Shown: positions 12,341 to 24,165 of the stretch, one piece after another
Numbering within the stretch: the stretch's first letter is position 1
Layout: the number at the start of each line of letters is the position of its first letter
NCBI RefSeq assembly: GCF_001194135.2
Contig: NC_068981.1
Coordinates: forward strand, 151,577,011-151,641,010
DNA length: 64,000 bases
From: Octopus bimaculoides
Taxonomy: Eukaryota
Direction of reading: 5' to 3'
Notes under the pieces: model-generated
Databases searched by the model: none
Told to the model about the DNA's origin: nothing
The model's input: the letters and a program-made list of their open reading frames with translations, nothing else
Position numbers and translations under genes: made by a program

Positions 12341-13964
12341 GTGAGATACGTGACAAATTAGATTCACGTTCTTCACACATTTACATTCTCAGTTGAATAC
12401 TCTATCGATCGGAGAAGGTACTGGAGTACATCTTCTACGAGGTGCAATCAACAAAGCATGAAATGGTTCATTAGTATTCCCCATACCTTCTTTTTCGGTA
12501 CATTAAAATCGTAGTTGGTATGTGTTTACCTTTTTATATGCTTCATTATCACAGCTAAGGTTTTCTTATATGTAAATTTATTCTAGGATTTTTTATCCAC
12601 GCTGTGCTATGCATAAAATATGTAGTTACTTCACTTGCGTAGGTGTTTGAAAAGGAAGTAAACATATTTGTCATTCCATTACCTACCACCAAAAAGGAAG
12701 TTACATTTAAATTTAACTATTGTGACTAATTACTAAAACCAAACCCTCGATTGGGACACCTTAAATATGAATAGGTTGAAGGTCAACATTCGATCCATTA
12801 TGATAGTGATTTTTGACACCGGAACAAAGCCGAAAATTTGATGTGGTGGGAAATGTCAGAAATATCGTTCCCAGAATTCTATTGGTGCTTGTTTTATCGA
12901 TCCCAGAATGGTGGCAGACAAATGACATCAGCGGGATTTGAACACAGAACATACAAATATGTGACCAGATACAGTATCACATATTCCACTGATTCTTCCA
13001 ATCAACTTCTTTACAGCAACGTAATATTAATGTAGAACGTGTTTTGTGATCAAACATCAAAGCCAGAATCGAAAGCAAAAGCATGCCTTCTTAGAATTAA
13101 TTGATAAGTTAACATAGGAATGTAATAGCATGATAATGAGATATTCTTTGATGGCTTACAGAAGAGCGGATATTACATTAATGCGCTTTTTATTTCTCAC
13201 AATTACAGTTTTAATCAAAGTAAGCATGTATATGTAGTTCATGGAATATCTCGATTTTTGTTCTTAACTATAATACGATTGACACAACTCGAGCCACATA
13301 TCTATCGCCTAATAAACAATCGTATTACTGACTGTAGCAAATTGAGTGGATATTCTGCGGCTTTTAGAAGTCAGATTAATGTTTCCATATGTATAATGTT
13401 TTATTGTGTGCCCATTGAACCCATAGGCGTTGTTGTTGTCTATCATTTTGTCAACACTGAACGATTAAACCGATGGATGAAGGTGTTCCAATTACGATCA
13501 TCCCATATTCTTATGTGGAAGATAACAGGCCTTAACATGTCATGTATTTGAGACAATAAATGTAATTTGGGGATATTTTGCCACTATTTCTAGCAGACCG
13601 TGGGTCAGTAAGAGCTTCTTTCTAACTCATCAAAATCTTAGTTGATAAATCATAATTTTAATCATTTCCTCACATTTATTATTGAAGAATCCTCGATCGA
13701 GACGTGTGGCTTTATATTGTCATCAGTCAACTCTGCGTAGTTGACTAATGACAAATTAAATATGTAAGAGACGGACGGGTGCAATGCACATTAACTATTC
13801 AGTTTAAAGAGAAAACACACATGATTTGATATGATGACATCATTAACGTAGTCGTCCCAATAGCTGTAATTACTTTGTTTTAGTTTCGTTATTGAGTTTA
13901 TTGGTCTCCGATTTAAAAATCCAGTTTTCTAAAACAAAATTTCATATTGGTTATGCTAATAATT

Positions 13965-14345
13965 CATGCATAGCTGAGCGGTAAGAAGCTTAGTTCCCAA
14001 CCACATGGTCCAGCTTCAGTCCCACAGGGAGGCACCTAGGGTAAATGTCTTCTACTGTAGCCTCAGGCTGACTAAAGCTTTGTGAGTGAGTCTGGTGGAC
14101 AGAAACTGAAAGAAGCCCATCGCATATGTGTATGTGTGTGTGTGTTTGTGTGTGTGTCTGCGTTCGCGTTTTGTCCCCTACCACAGCTTGACCACTGGTA
14201 TTGGAGAATTTACGTCCCCGTAACTTAGCATTTCGGCAAAAGTAAACGATAGAATAAATACCAGTCTTTAAAAAATATAAATACTAAGGTGGATACATTC
14301 GACTAAAAAGTTTTCAAGTCGGCGTATAATGACTGAAATAAGTAA
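13965..14345 (+). mobile_element. SINE family B (tRNA-like head, CORE-like motif, internal (TG)n, 3' tail)
   Basis: Head ..gcggtaagaagcttagttcccaaccacatggtccagcttcagtccc..ggcacctagggtaaatgtcttc, (TG)n, tail aatgactgaaataagtaaaag; homologous to 58875-59308. Confidence 0.8.
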
Positions 14346-14384
14346 AAGATATTTAAAAACAAAACAGAAAATAGTCGTCAGTCT

Positions 14385-14644
14385 CTCTAACTGATATGAA
14401 GACCACACACATCCTATTCGTCCCCGAGACAGGCTCCAATTCATCTCTNNNNNNNNNNNNNNNNNNNNNNNNNNNNNNNNNNNNNNNNNNNNNNNNNNNN
14501 NNNNNNNNNNNNNNNNNNNNNNNNNNNNNNNNNNNNNNNNNNNNNNNNNNNNNNNNNNNNNNNNNNNNNNNNNNNNNNNNNNNNNNNNNNNNNNNNNNNN
14601 NNNNNNNNNNNNNNNNNNNNNNNNNNNNNNNNNNNNNNNNNNNN

Positions 14645-14677
<33 letters not shown>

Positions 14678-15330
14678 ATAACTTCACATTACTCCGAGGA
14701 CATCATCTTCGCTGGCTTCCACATTCACAACTACTCCTGGTTCTTTCGCTCATCCCACATCATTGACGCCGATGCAAACACTTAATCTCTTGCAATCGTC
14801 AACTTCTTTTTCATTTATTTGTTTCCTATCCTACATAGAACGCAGTTCGGCACGCAAATACTACAAATATCCTCCATTTCTATTCTCAAAACTTAAGACA
14901 TAACAAACTATAACTGGTTCCATACTTTTCGGGTATCCAACAGCTATATAATTTCCACCACTAATCATCACACATCTACATACCACGCAACAAGCCCGGA
15001 GACCATGTACCTTGCAGTACTACAAGACAACCGACTAATCTGAGCTCCGCCATATTTCAAACACCTATCGCTGGCAGCATGTGCCTCGTTCCTGATTCAT
15101 CAACAACGGCTAGCCAATTGATTGAAATTATAGTTTTAGGTATGTCTCTCAACATTCCGCACGCAACAAAAATTCAGTGCTCCACGTCCCTCAAGTAATT
15201 CATTCATAGTTGTACGGAAGCTGTTCAGAAAAAAAAAAAAATAAGGCTTACAACGACTGGAAAAATTCACCCCACTCCCACAAAAAGATGTGTGGCGTTT
15301 ATCCAGTAATGCAACATCTGCAGGAAAACT
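14385..15330 (+). mobile_element. Ancient CR1/Crack-like LINE ORF2 fragment (APE endonuclease and linker), split by (TA)n and a gap
   Basis: SEDIIFAGFHIHNYSW resembles the GDFN motif; TLQYYKTTD*SELR and EAVQKKKNKAYNDWK resemble conserved CR1 ORF2 blocks; multiple stops. Confidence 0.55.
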
Positions 15331-16233
15331 ATATCAACCTCAAAATATTACATCGTGTATTGTACAGTTCTCAAGCAATACTCACCTTTCCAACTACAGT
15401 TGATTGCTCTGGTCCCTTGGCAAAAGTATTTCCTTCAATCTATTTCATAACAATGATGATTCTGTGAGCAGTAAAACATCCACCTGCAAGAAAACCTTCA
15501 CGAAGACTTATTTACATTCCTTACTCTTTTTTGTTTCCTTATTTGCATTCTAAATGCAAACAAACTTTCTAGTAAGATTAAAGCTTAGAACGACAAAAAC
15601 TTGCTCTAATATAAACGTCTCTCAGGATTACACAAGATGCTAGGATCAAATACCGTAGGCAACTTTCAGTTTTTCCGCCATCCCAGGCTTTTTAAAATTT
15701 ATTGCATTATATGCTATTATTAATAAGTGATTTCACTTTTGAGGCATATTTAGATAATGTGTAATATCGGCATATTTAAGTTTTTCCTTAACTGTAAGAA
15801 CGGCTGAGAAACGGAAACAAATGCATATATGCGTTTTTAGATATATCTGGGAGCAGAAACTTATTAATTCATTCATAATACAGGCTATATTGAATAATCT
15901 GAAATATCCAATGTAGGTGTACTTATAACTCTTTTGAAAGCCTGTAGTGAAATGAAAACAAATTTAAATACACTTTAGGTAATTAATTAATTAATTGGTA
16001 AGTTAATGAACAGCCATGTCAAAGATTCTTCGTTATATAAATGTGACTAACCATTTCAGTTTAGTAAAAGTTATTTTGATATAGAGACCTATAGGCTAAG
16101 AATGTTTCCCTGCAAATGGTCATGTTACTAGTTAGAATAATATTTTTATGCCCATGGAGAGATACAAAATTGTGTTTACGTAAGTTTACATTCTGTAGTG
16201 AGGCTTATAAGATATGTGTGTGAGTGTGTATGT

Positions 16234-16272
<39 letters not shown>

Positions 16273-17549
16273 GTATNNNNNNNNNNNNNNNNNNNNNNNN
16301 NNNNNNNNNNNNNNNNNNNNNNNNNNNNNNNNNNNNNNNNNNNNNNNNNNNNNNNNNNNNNNNNNNNNNNNNNNNNNNNNNNNNNNNNNNNNNNNNNNNN
16401 NNNNNNNNNNNNNNNNNNNNNNNNNNNNNNNNNNNNNNNNNNNNNNNNNNNNNNNNNNNNNNNNNNNNNNNNNNNNNNNNNNNNNNNNNNNNNNNNNNNN
16501 NNNNNNNNNNNNNNNNNNNNNNNNNNNNNNNNNNNNNNNNNNNNNNNNNNNNNNNNNNNNNNNNNNNNNNNNNNNNNNNNNNNNNNNNNNNNNNNNNNNN
16601 NNNNNNNNNNNNNNNNNNNNNNNNNNNNNNNNNNNNNNNNNNNNNNNNNNNNNNNNNNNNNNNNNNNNNNNNNNNNNNNNNNNNNNNNNNNNNNNNNNNN
16701 NNNNNNNNNNNNNNNNNNNNNNNNNNNNNNNNNNNNNNNNNNNNNNNNNNNNNNNNNNNNNNNNNNNNNNNNNNNNNNNNNNNNNNNNNNNNNNNNNNNN
16801 NNNNNNNNNNNNNNNNNNNNNNNNNNNNNNNNNNNNNNNNNNNNNNNNNNNNNNNNNNNNNNNNNNNNNNNNNNNNNNNNNNNNNNNNNNNNNNNNNNNN
16901 NNNNNNNNNNNNNNNNNNNNNNNNNNNNNNNNNNNNNNNNNNNNNNNNNNNNNNNNNNNNNNNNNNNNNNNNNNNNNNNNNNNNNNNNNNNNNNNNNNNN
17001 NNNNNNNNNNNNNNNNNNNNNNNNNNNNNNNNNNNNNNNNNNNNNNNNNNNNNNNNNNNNNNNNNNNNNNNNNNNNNNNNNNNNNNNNNNNNNNNNNNNN
17101 NNNNNNNNNNNNNNNNNNNNNNNNNNNNNNNNNNNNNNNNNNNNNNNNNNNNNNNNNNNNNNNNNNNNNNNNNNNNNNNNNNNNNNNNNNNNNNNNNNNN
17201 NNNNNNNNNNNNNNNNNNNNNNNNNNNATATATATATATATATATATATACATATATATATACATATAGGGTATTATTTTACAGAACAAACGGTAAGCGG
17301 TTGTCATTACTAGTACTCGGAGTTTCGTATGTCGGAGCGAAGAGCTACGGGTACATTTTTGCCGGCTAGTAAATGGCTACAGACGCTACGAAAAGCCGTT
17401 AAATATATGGGAAGTAACTCTAATAGATGGAAAAAGATATAAAAAAGATAAAAATAGGAAAAAGATTAAATAGATAAAAAATATAAAAAGTTATAAAGGT
17501 ATAGATATACACACACACATATTCTCACAAAAAATAATATCATACACAG

Positions 17550-18239
17550 ACGCTTGTACCCTTTCTGTGCAAGATTTTCAACAACACTAACAATGTCACT
17601 CACGTTTTCGACCTTCTTCCCACACATTCTGAAGATGTCCGATGCACTTGTGTGGTATATATTCTTTTTCACTGAGTTGGTATTCAATGCCTAGTTCTGG
17701 GCAGCGATGATTAAGCTTTCAGTATTCTTTTTTAGGTCACCCTTCTTGAACCAACTCCATGATGCTTCCAGGTCTTTTAATTTGTTGGTTTCACGGTGGA
17801 ACTGACCATATAATTCCATAGGGAGTAGGGTTCCTTCTCTCTCGTTGGCTGTTCTTGATCTGAATTCATGAGCAATCTCAAGTCCATTTTTGTTAACTCC
17901 TTCTGCACTAACAGCATACTGTCGGAAGTCTTGTTTGCTGTTTACCAAATATTCTTCCTCTTTCTTCTTTCACTGTTGATGCACTCCCGTATGCTAATCC
18001 GCCCATGTCCACCTTTACCTCTCTTCATGTAGAGCCTGTGTATATTTGCCTTAGGGTGGAGGACACCTTGCATTATCCTTGTCTTTCATGTAGTATGATC
18101 GAGTTGGTTAATCTCTGCTTGTGTCCATTTCAGGATGGATGCGCTATAGCGAACTACAGCAAAAGCCCATATATTGATGGCAGACACAAGGTTCCTTGTG
18201 TTGAGCTTTGATTTCAGAAGAAATTTGAGGCGCTTGAAA

Positions 18240-18240
<1 letters not shown>
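17550..18240 (-). mobile_element. R4/Dong-like non-LTR retrotransposon fragment (RT thumb to CCHC region)
   Basis: KSKLNTRNLVSAINIWAFAVVRYS..HPKANIHRLYMKRGKGG..LYGQFHRE..SWSWFKKGDLKKNTESLIIAAQN..LAQKGYKR. Confidence 0.85.
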
Positions 18241-18320
<80 letters not shown>

Positions 18321-18321
18321 C

Positions 18322-18353
<32 letters not shown>

Positions 18354-18390
18354 CATCATTATTATTATTATTATTATTATTATTTGTATG

Positions 18391-18424
<34 letters not shown>

Positions 18425-18432
18425 TGTATGTA
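18240..18432. repeat. (ATT/ATC)n followed by (TATG)n microsatellite
   Basis: Seen directly in sequence. Confidence 0.95.
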
Positions 18433-18895
18433 TGTTTGCATGTATACTTCAGTGTGTGTGTGTGTTCCTATATTTCTGAACAAAAACCCTTTATTTGAAT
18501 AGTCTAAATCAATCAAAATGAGTGTAGATTCTCAAATATTCTGTGGTGTATTCCTTATTGCGCCTTTCAATAACCATACAGAATCATTCGATTTTAATAT
18601 TATTTAGTTATTGTGACTAATCATTTAAATGAAATCAGGCTGCCATCATTGACAATATATTGTTACACTTGACTTTTAACTTGGTAGTTATCACACTGAT
18701 TGAACTTTATCTGGATTGCAATTGATTCTAAAGATTTTATCATTAAGTTGCATTCATATATTTTTCGTTGTTTTCCAAGGGTTGCAGATTAAGTTTTCAG
18801 TTGTATTAATTTGTTTTAGTTCTTGAAGATCTTATATTTCTGATTTATTGCTTTTGTAATGATTATATTTCTAAAGTCAAATTATTTTTCCCCAG

Positions 18896-18919
18896 TTGAC
18901 ATTTAGGATTGATTTTCTT
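18896..18919 (+). CDS. Candidate 24-nt exon (LTFRIDFL, phase 0-0)
   Basis: Acceptor attatttttccccag, donor gtaagt; only phase 0 is stop-free, which matches the preceding exon. Confidence 0.45.
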
Positions 18920-19135
18920 GTAAGTACGTACTAAAACGATTAACTTAGTCTACTAGCAAGTGACGTAGCAAAAATATGGATAAAAGATAACTTATGCTGA
19001 AATTTGAGATTTAGGATTGTCTCGACATTTAATAATTATCGTGAAAAAACAAAACGAAATATATAATACGATGCTATGTATAGTACTGCAAAACTAAGCA
19101 TATATTCAAATAATATAATTATAAGCGTTTGTATA

Positions 19136-19352
19136 CGAGAGTGTGCTGAAAAGTTCCTCACTTTAAGGGTATCACGAAAGACCTGGTTGGTGGCCTAACC
19201 TTCCGAGTTCTTTCACAGGGCTTAGAAAAACTGAAAGAACGCTGCATTAGATGTGTGAATTTGAGAGGAGAATATGTTAAATAATATGATTAACTGATCT
19301 TCTTGCATTTTCTTTTACCGAAAACCAGGAACTTTTCAGTCCGCCCCAATCG
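19136..19352. mobile_element. Mariner-derived MITE
   Basis: Imperfect TIRs cgagagtgtgctgaaaagttcct / aggaacttttcagtccgccccaatcg flanked by TA. Confidence 0.8.
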
Positions 19353-19639
19353 TATGTAGCGTGTATGCAAATCATAATACATGTATACACTTCACTTTTA
19401 CTTTTACGTTTCAACCAAAGACAGAGTCCATGATCGGCGTCAGAATTTACTTTCTGTGAATGAGGACGATGGACAACGTCGGATTCATTTGTGTTCTGCC
19501 TTCATGCGGGATCATCAGGTAACCCAGATAAAAAAATTCTGTATGTTTTTAATATATCCTCATTTACACCTTGTAGATCTTTGTAGAGTTTTTTGGCAAG
19601 GTATTGAGATGATGTGGACTCCTGAACTGTGCGTCAAAC

Positions 19640-20145
19640 CAGGTAGATTGTCTCTTTGTTTCTGGTTCAAAGTGACGAAGCCAACACTCATCCTGGCTTC
19701 GGAAAAAATCACGGAAACAAGCTGGATTTGTTTCAAATAATGTCTGCTTTTCCTGTGACGTGATCAACCTGGTGCACTTTTGATCAGGTGTCAGAAGATG
19801 TGATACCCATCGAGCAGAAACCTTCGTCATGCCAAGTCTATTGCACAGAATATTCTCAACTCTCTTATGTTAATAGCATTGGTAATTTGATTTATAGTCA
19901 ACCACTTGTCACCAATCACTCTCAATGTTTTCCCTGGGGTGGGAGTAGCAGGACGTCCAGACCTTGGGTCATCTTCCAAAATCTACCTTCAATTCTTAAT
20001 TTCACGTGCCCACTTTTGCACTATTGATAAATCTGGCTGGAGCGGCATCCCCTAATGTAGCAACCATATCAGTATGAATGTTCTTGGGAGCTAAACCCTT
20101 ATTCTGCAGACACTTAATAACAACATAATGCGAACTTTTGTCCAT
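19640..20145 (-). mobile_element. Mariner transposase 5'-half fossil
   Basis: MDKSSHYVVIKCLQNKGLAPKNIHTDMVATLGD..EDDPRSGRP..KVSARWVSHLLTPDQK..QDECWLRHFEPETKRQS, with frameshifts. Confidence 0.85.
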
Positions 20146-20996
20146 TTTCAAGAGAAGATGCTACTAGTTAGTTCTGAAGCCTTCTTTGAACAGTGAAATG
20201 TCAGTTTATCTGAAAAAGATCTATGCACTTATTGATGAGAAGGGTTGAGATTAATGCATGCAATATTTCACAACTCTAGCATCACTCCTTCATTGTCAAC
20301 CTATGGATTATTCAATCCATTTTCGTATACATATATATATGTATGTGTGTGTTTGAGTGTGTGTGCGTGCGTGTGTATGTATGCAGGTACAAGCACACGC
20401 TCACGCACTCCTACACAAACGCATATACATACACAAACATATTTATGTGAATTCATCTGCGAAAATAGTAATATCTCAACTACTACAGTAAGAGTTCTCC
20501 GATATTATGCATTAAATGGCGTTAGATCAGAAACAACACTAGAAGACTGTGTGTGTGTAGGCACGCACACACGCACACACACACACATACACACACACAT
20601 ACACAAGCACACACATACACACACACACAGAAACGTGAAGAATGACTGACATTTAGAAAGAAAAATATTTATTATGACAAATTTACACAATGCACTTGCT
20701 TTTGGTTTGGCGGAAGAAAGAAAACAAACTGGTTACATTCAAAATTGCTTCTATCTACATTTATGATTATATTTACCATGGGTACTCCGATTTTAGTGAA
20801 TTTAAGTCATATTCCTTCATGAGAGGTGTCTAAAAGGTTTGGTGACAGTAAAGGTGGTGAGCTGTAAAATACAGCTTAATAAATCGTCCAGCACATACTA
20901 GCATGGGAAAGTGGACATAAACAACTGATGACTAAATGCTTCTAAAATAAATGTAACTCATTTTTCTTCTTTTTTTTATCTCCTTTCTCTTTTTAT

Positions 20997-21206
20997 ATTT
21001 GTTTCAGTCGTTTGACTGCGGCCATGCTGGATCACCGCCTTTAGTCGAACAAATCGACCCCAGGACTTATCTTTGTGAGCCTAGTACTTATCCTATCGGT
21101 ATCCTTTGCCGAATCACTAAGTTACGAGAACGTAAGTACACCAACATCGGTTGTCAAGTGATGATGGAGGGACAAACACAGGCACACAAACACACACACC
21201 ACACAN
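20997..21206 (-). mobile_element. SINE family B, 3' half (its 5' head lies at 23634-23664)
   Basis: tgtttcagtcgtttgactgcggccatgctgg..gggacaaacacag matches 58890-59050. Confidence 0.85.
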
Positions 21207-22035
21207 NNNNNNNNNNNNNNNNNNNNNNNNNNNNNNNNNNNNNNNNNNNNNNNNNNNNNNNNNNNNNNNNNNNNNNNNNNNNNNNNNNNNNNNNNNNNNN
21301 NNNNNNNNNNNNNNNNNNNNNNNNNNNNNNNNNNNNNNNNNNNNNNNNNNNNNNNNNNNNNNNNNNNNNNNNNNNNNNNNNNNNNNNNNNNNNNNNNNNN
21401 NNNNNNNNNNNNNNNNNNNNNNNNNNNNNNNNNNNNNNNNNNNNNNNNNNNNNNNNNNNNNNNNNNNNNNNNNNNNNNNNNNNNNNNNNNNNNNNNNNNN
21501 NNNNNNNNNNNNNNNNNNNNNNNNNNNNNNNNNNNNNNNNNNNNNNNNNNNNNNNNNNNNNNNNNNNNNNNNNNNNNNNNNNNNNNNNNNNNNNNNNNNN
21601 NNNNNNNNNNNNNNNNNNNNNNNNNNNNNNNNNNNNNNNNNNNNNNNNNNNNNNNNNNNNNNNNNNNNNNNNNNNNNNNNNNNNNNNNNNNNNNNNNNNN
21701 NNNNNNNNNNNNNNNNNNNNNNNNNNNNNNNNNNNNNNNNNNNNNNNNNNNNNNNNNNNNNNNNNNNNNNNNNNNNNNNNNNNNNNNNNNNNNNNNNNNN
21801 NNNNNNNNNNNNNNNNNNNNNNNNNNNNNNNNNNNNNNNNNNNNNNNNNNNNNNNNNNNNNNNNNNNNNNNNNNNNNNNNNNNNNNNNNNNNNNNNNNNN
21901 NNNNNNNNNNNNNNNNNNNNNNNNNNNNNNNNNNNNNNNNNNNNNNNNNNNNNNNNNNNNNNNNNNNNNNNNNNNNNNNNNNNNNNNNNNNNNNNNNNNN
22001 NNNNNNNNNNNNNNNNNNNNNNNNNNNNNNNNNNN

Positions 22036-23633
22036 ATTTAAGACCTCCGCAGCCACCTGCGGAGGCCAACGTGGATGGTCTATACATTCCCAGTCGTAAC
22101 GCTCAAGGTAAAATAGATCATCCAGACACTTTTCGACGGGCCCTCCCTTAAGGTAACAGAAGATATACTCTGTTTCCTCATCATCGGAAGGGGCCGCAAC
22201 CTGCTCTGTCGGTGATACAAATTCCACTGACAGAACCTCCCGATCCGGTCGCACACTTCCCAACGGAGGGGCAACGAGTTCGGTCGGTGGCACGTCCGCC
22301 GACCGTCTCCCGTTTCTCCTTTTCTTTTTTTTTCCTTTTACCGGTTGCGGGGATCGGAGCATCTTTCGGCACACCCGAGGTGCCCTCCTTTCCCGCAACG
22401 GCTATTTCTCCTGGTGAGCAACCACCGTTGCTCGCCTTCCTCTTTCTATTCGTGGAGGCCACTGCCTCCACGACTTCCTCCGTCTTCCCCTCCAATGGTG
22501 GGCGGAGGACTCATTCTCTTTTTTCCTCTGCTCCGGGGCCTTACTTCGGCCCTTGGGACAGTTCTTTTTTAAATGGCGGATTCAAGGCACTTGTGACATT
22601 TAGGAGGGCGTCCCTCCAAAATCACTGGATAACTTGCCTGAGCCGTCCTTAAAAAGTCTGGAAACACCAGACTCGCAATCGACTGGGACCAAAGGGTCAA
22701 CATCGCTTTTGACCCCTCCCAGTCAATTACTGGCAAAATTTTTACATTGNNNNNNNNNNNNNNNNNNNNNNNNNNNNNNNNNNNNNNNNNNNNNNNNNNN
22801 NNNNNNNNNNNNNNNNNNNNNNNNNNNNNNNNNNNNNNNNNNNNNNNNNNNNNNNNNNNNNNNNNNNNNNNNNNNNNNNNNNNNNNNNNNNNNNNNNNNN
22901 NNNNNNNNNNNNNNNNNNNNNNNNNNNNNNNNNNNNNNNNNNNNNNNNNNNNNNNNNNNNNNNNNNNNNNNNNNNNNNNNNNNNNNNNNNNNNNNNNNNN
23001 NNNNNNNNNNNNNNNNNNNNNNNNNNNNNNNNNNNNNNNNNNNNNNNNNNNNNNNNNNNNNNNNNNNNNNNNNNNNNNNNNNNNNNNNNNNNNNNNNNNN
23101 NNNNNNNNNNNNNNNNNNNNNNNNNNNNNNNNNNNNNNNNNNNNNNNNNNNNNNNNNNNNNNNNNNNNNNNNNNNNNNNNNNNNNNNNNNNNNNNNNNNN
23201 NNNNNNNNNNNNNNNNNNNNNNNNNNNNNNNNNNNNNNNNNNNNNNNNNNNNNNNNNNNNNNNNNNNNNNNNNNNNNNNNNNNNNNNNNNNNNNNNNNNN
23301 NNNNNNNATTCCAAAAAAGGTACTCCAAAATAAAAGTATTCCAGTAAAGGTATTCCAATAAAGATAATCCAGGGCCACAGCGAATACAAAAGTTGTTCGT
23401 ACAACGAACACACAAAAAACTCGCCAAGGAAAGCGAAGATGCCACACCGCTGGACAACAATTTACTAAAAAATTAAATAGAAGCAATAAATTGCTGCCCA
23501 GCTGAGCAACAAAAACGACTTACCCCGGCGAATTCTTCAATTTTTCCTTCTTTAGACAGAGCCGAAACCCATGTCTATCTTCGTTCACAGCAAGTAGCCA
23601 GTCTGACGCACATGCGCAGTGAGCAAACCGGAA
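22036..23633 (-). mobile_element. Tx1/L1-like LINE: 5' UTR and gag-like ORF1 with CCHC zinc knuckle (partly in gaps)
   Basis: YPVILEGRPPKCHKCLES-(G)HLKKNCPK forms CX2CX4HX4C after a 1-nt frameshift at about 22577, followed by a basic low-complexity tail; GC-rich relative to the flanks; tandem ~14-bp repeats in the 5' UTR. Confidence 0.75.
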
Positions 23634-23664
23634 GTAAGCAAGCTACTTACCACACGGCCACGCC
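23634..23664 (-). mobile_element. SINE family B head, first ~30 nt, abutting the LINE 5' end
   Basis: gtaagcaagctacttaccacacggccac matches 59277-59304 except for one base. Confidence 0.8.
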
Positions 23665-24129
23665 TATATATCTTCCATATATCTGATTTAAAATGAAAAC
23701 ATACGATGATGGTATATAATTTATTAACTAGCCGTCTGTATTTCATTACTTCACGCTGGAGACATGATACAGAAAAGAGGCTTAATGATGGATATGAAAC
23801 CAACGAGAAATATCAAATATTAAATAATGTATGCAGTATAGCATATCGGGTCTTTTATAATAGGTAACTTTAAAAAATAAGATAAACAACATAGAGAGAG
23901 ACAGACAGATATACAAACAGACAAAGATAGGGAGAGAAAGAAACAGTGGCCTACATTGGTGAATTTGAAATATATGTCAAATCTCCCTCTAATTACATCC
24001 TACTGTCTTGAAAAGAGAATAATTTGAATAATGTAGTCCTTAGATACGAAAAACTCGAGAGAAGAACGAGGTGGAACACTTTTGCTTTGGGATATGCTCA
24101 CGTAATGTTCATCTAAGGCTAAATAATAA

Positions 24130-24165
24130 CGTATGACACTGGTTTCTTCCTTTCATCAGATACAA
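24130..24165 (-). ncRNA. Minimal type I hammerhead-like motif (stem II unpaired)
   Basis: tgtat-CTGATGA-aaggaa-GAAAC-cagt-GTC-atacg: exact core, GUC triplet, 5-bp stem I. Confidence 0.45.

Noticed and set aside
13682-13710. Hammerhead at ttgaaga..gagac
   Set aside because: Three core deviations and no stem I; kept only as context for the adjacent hairpin.
17300-17372. CTAGT-bounded mini element or Helitron end
   Set aside because: Only 7-bp inverted ends and a weak hairpin; cannot be assigned.
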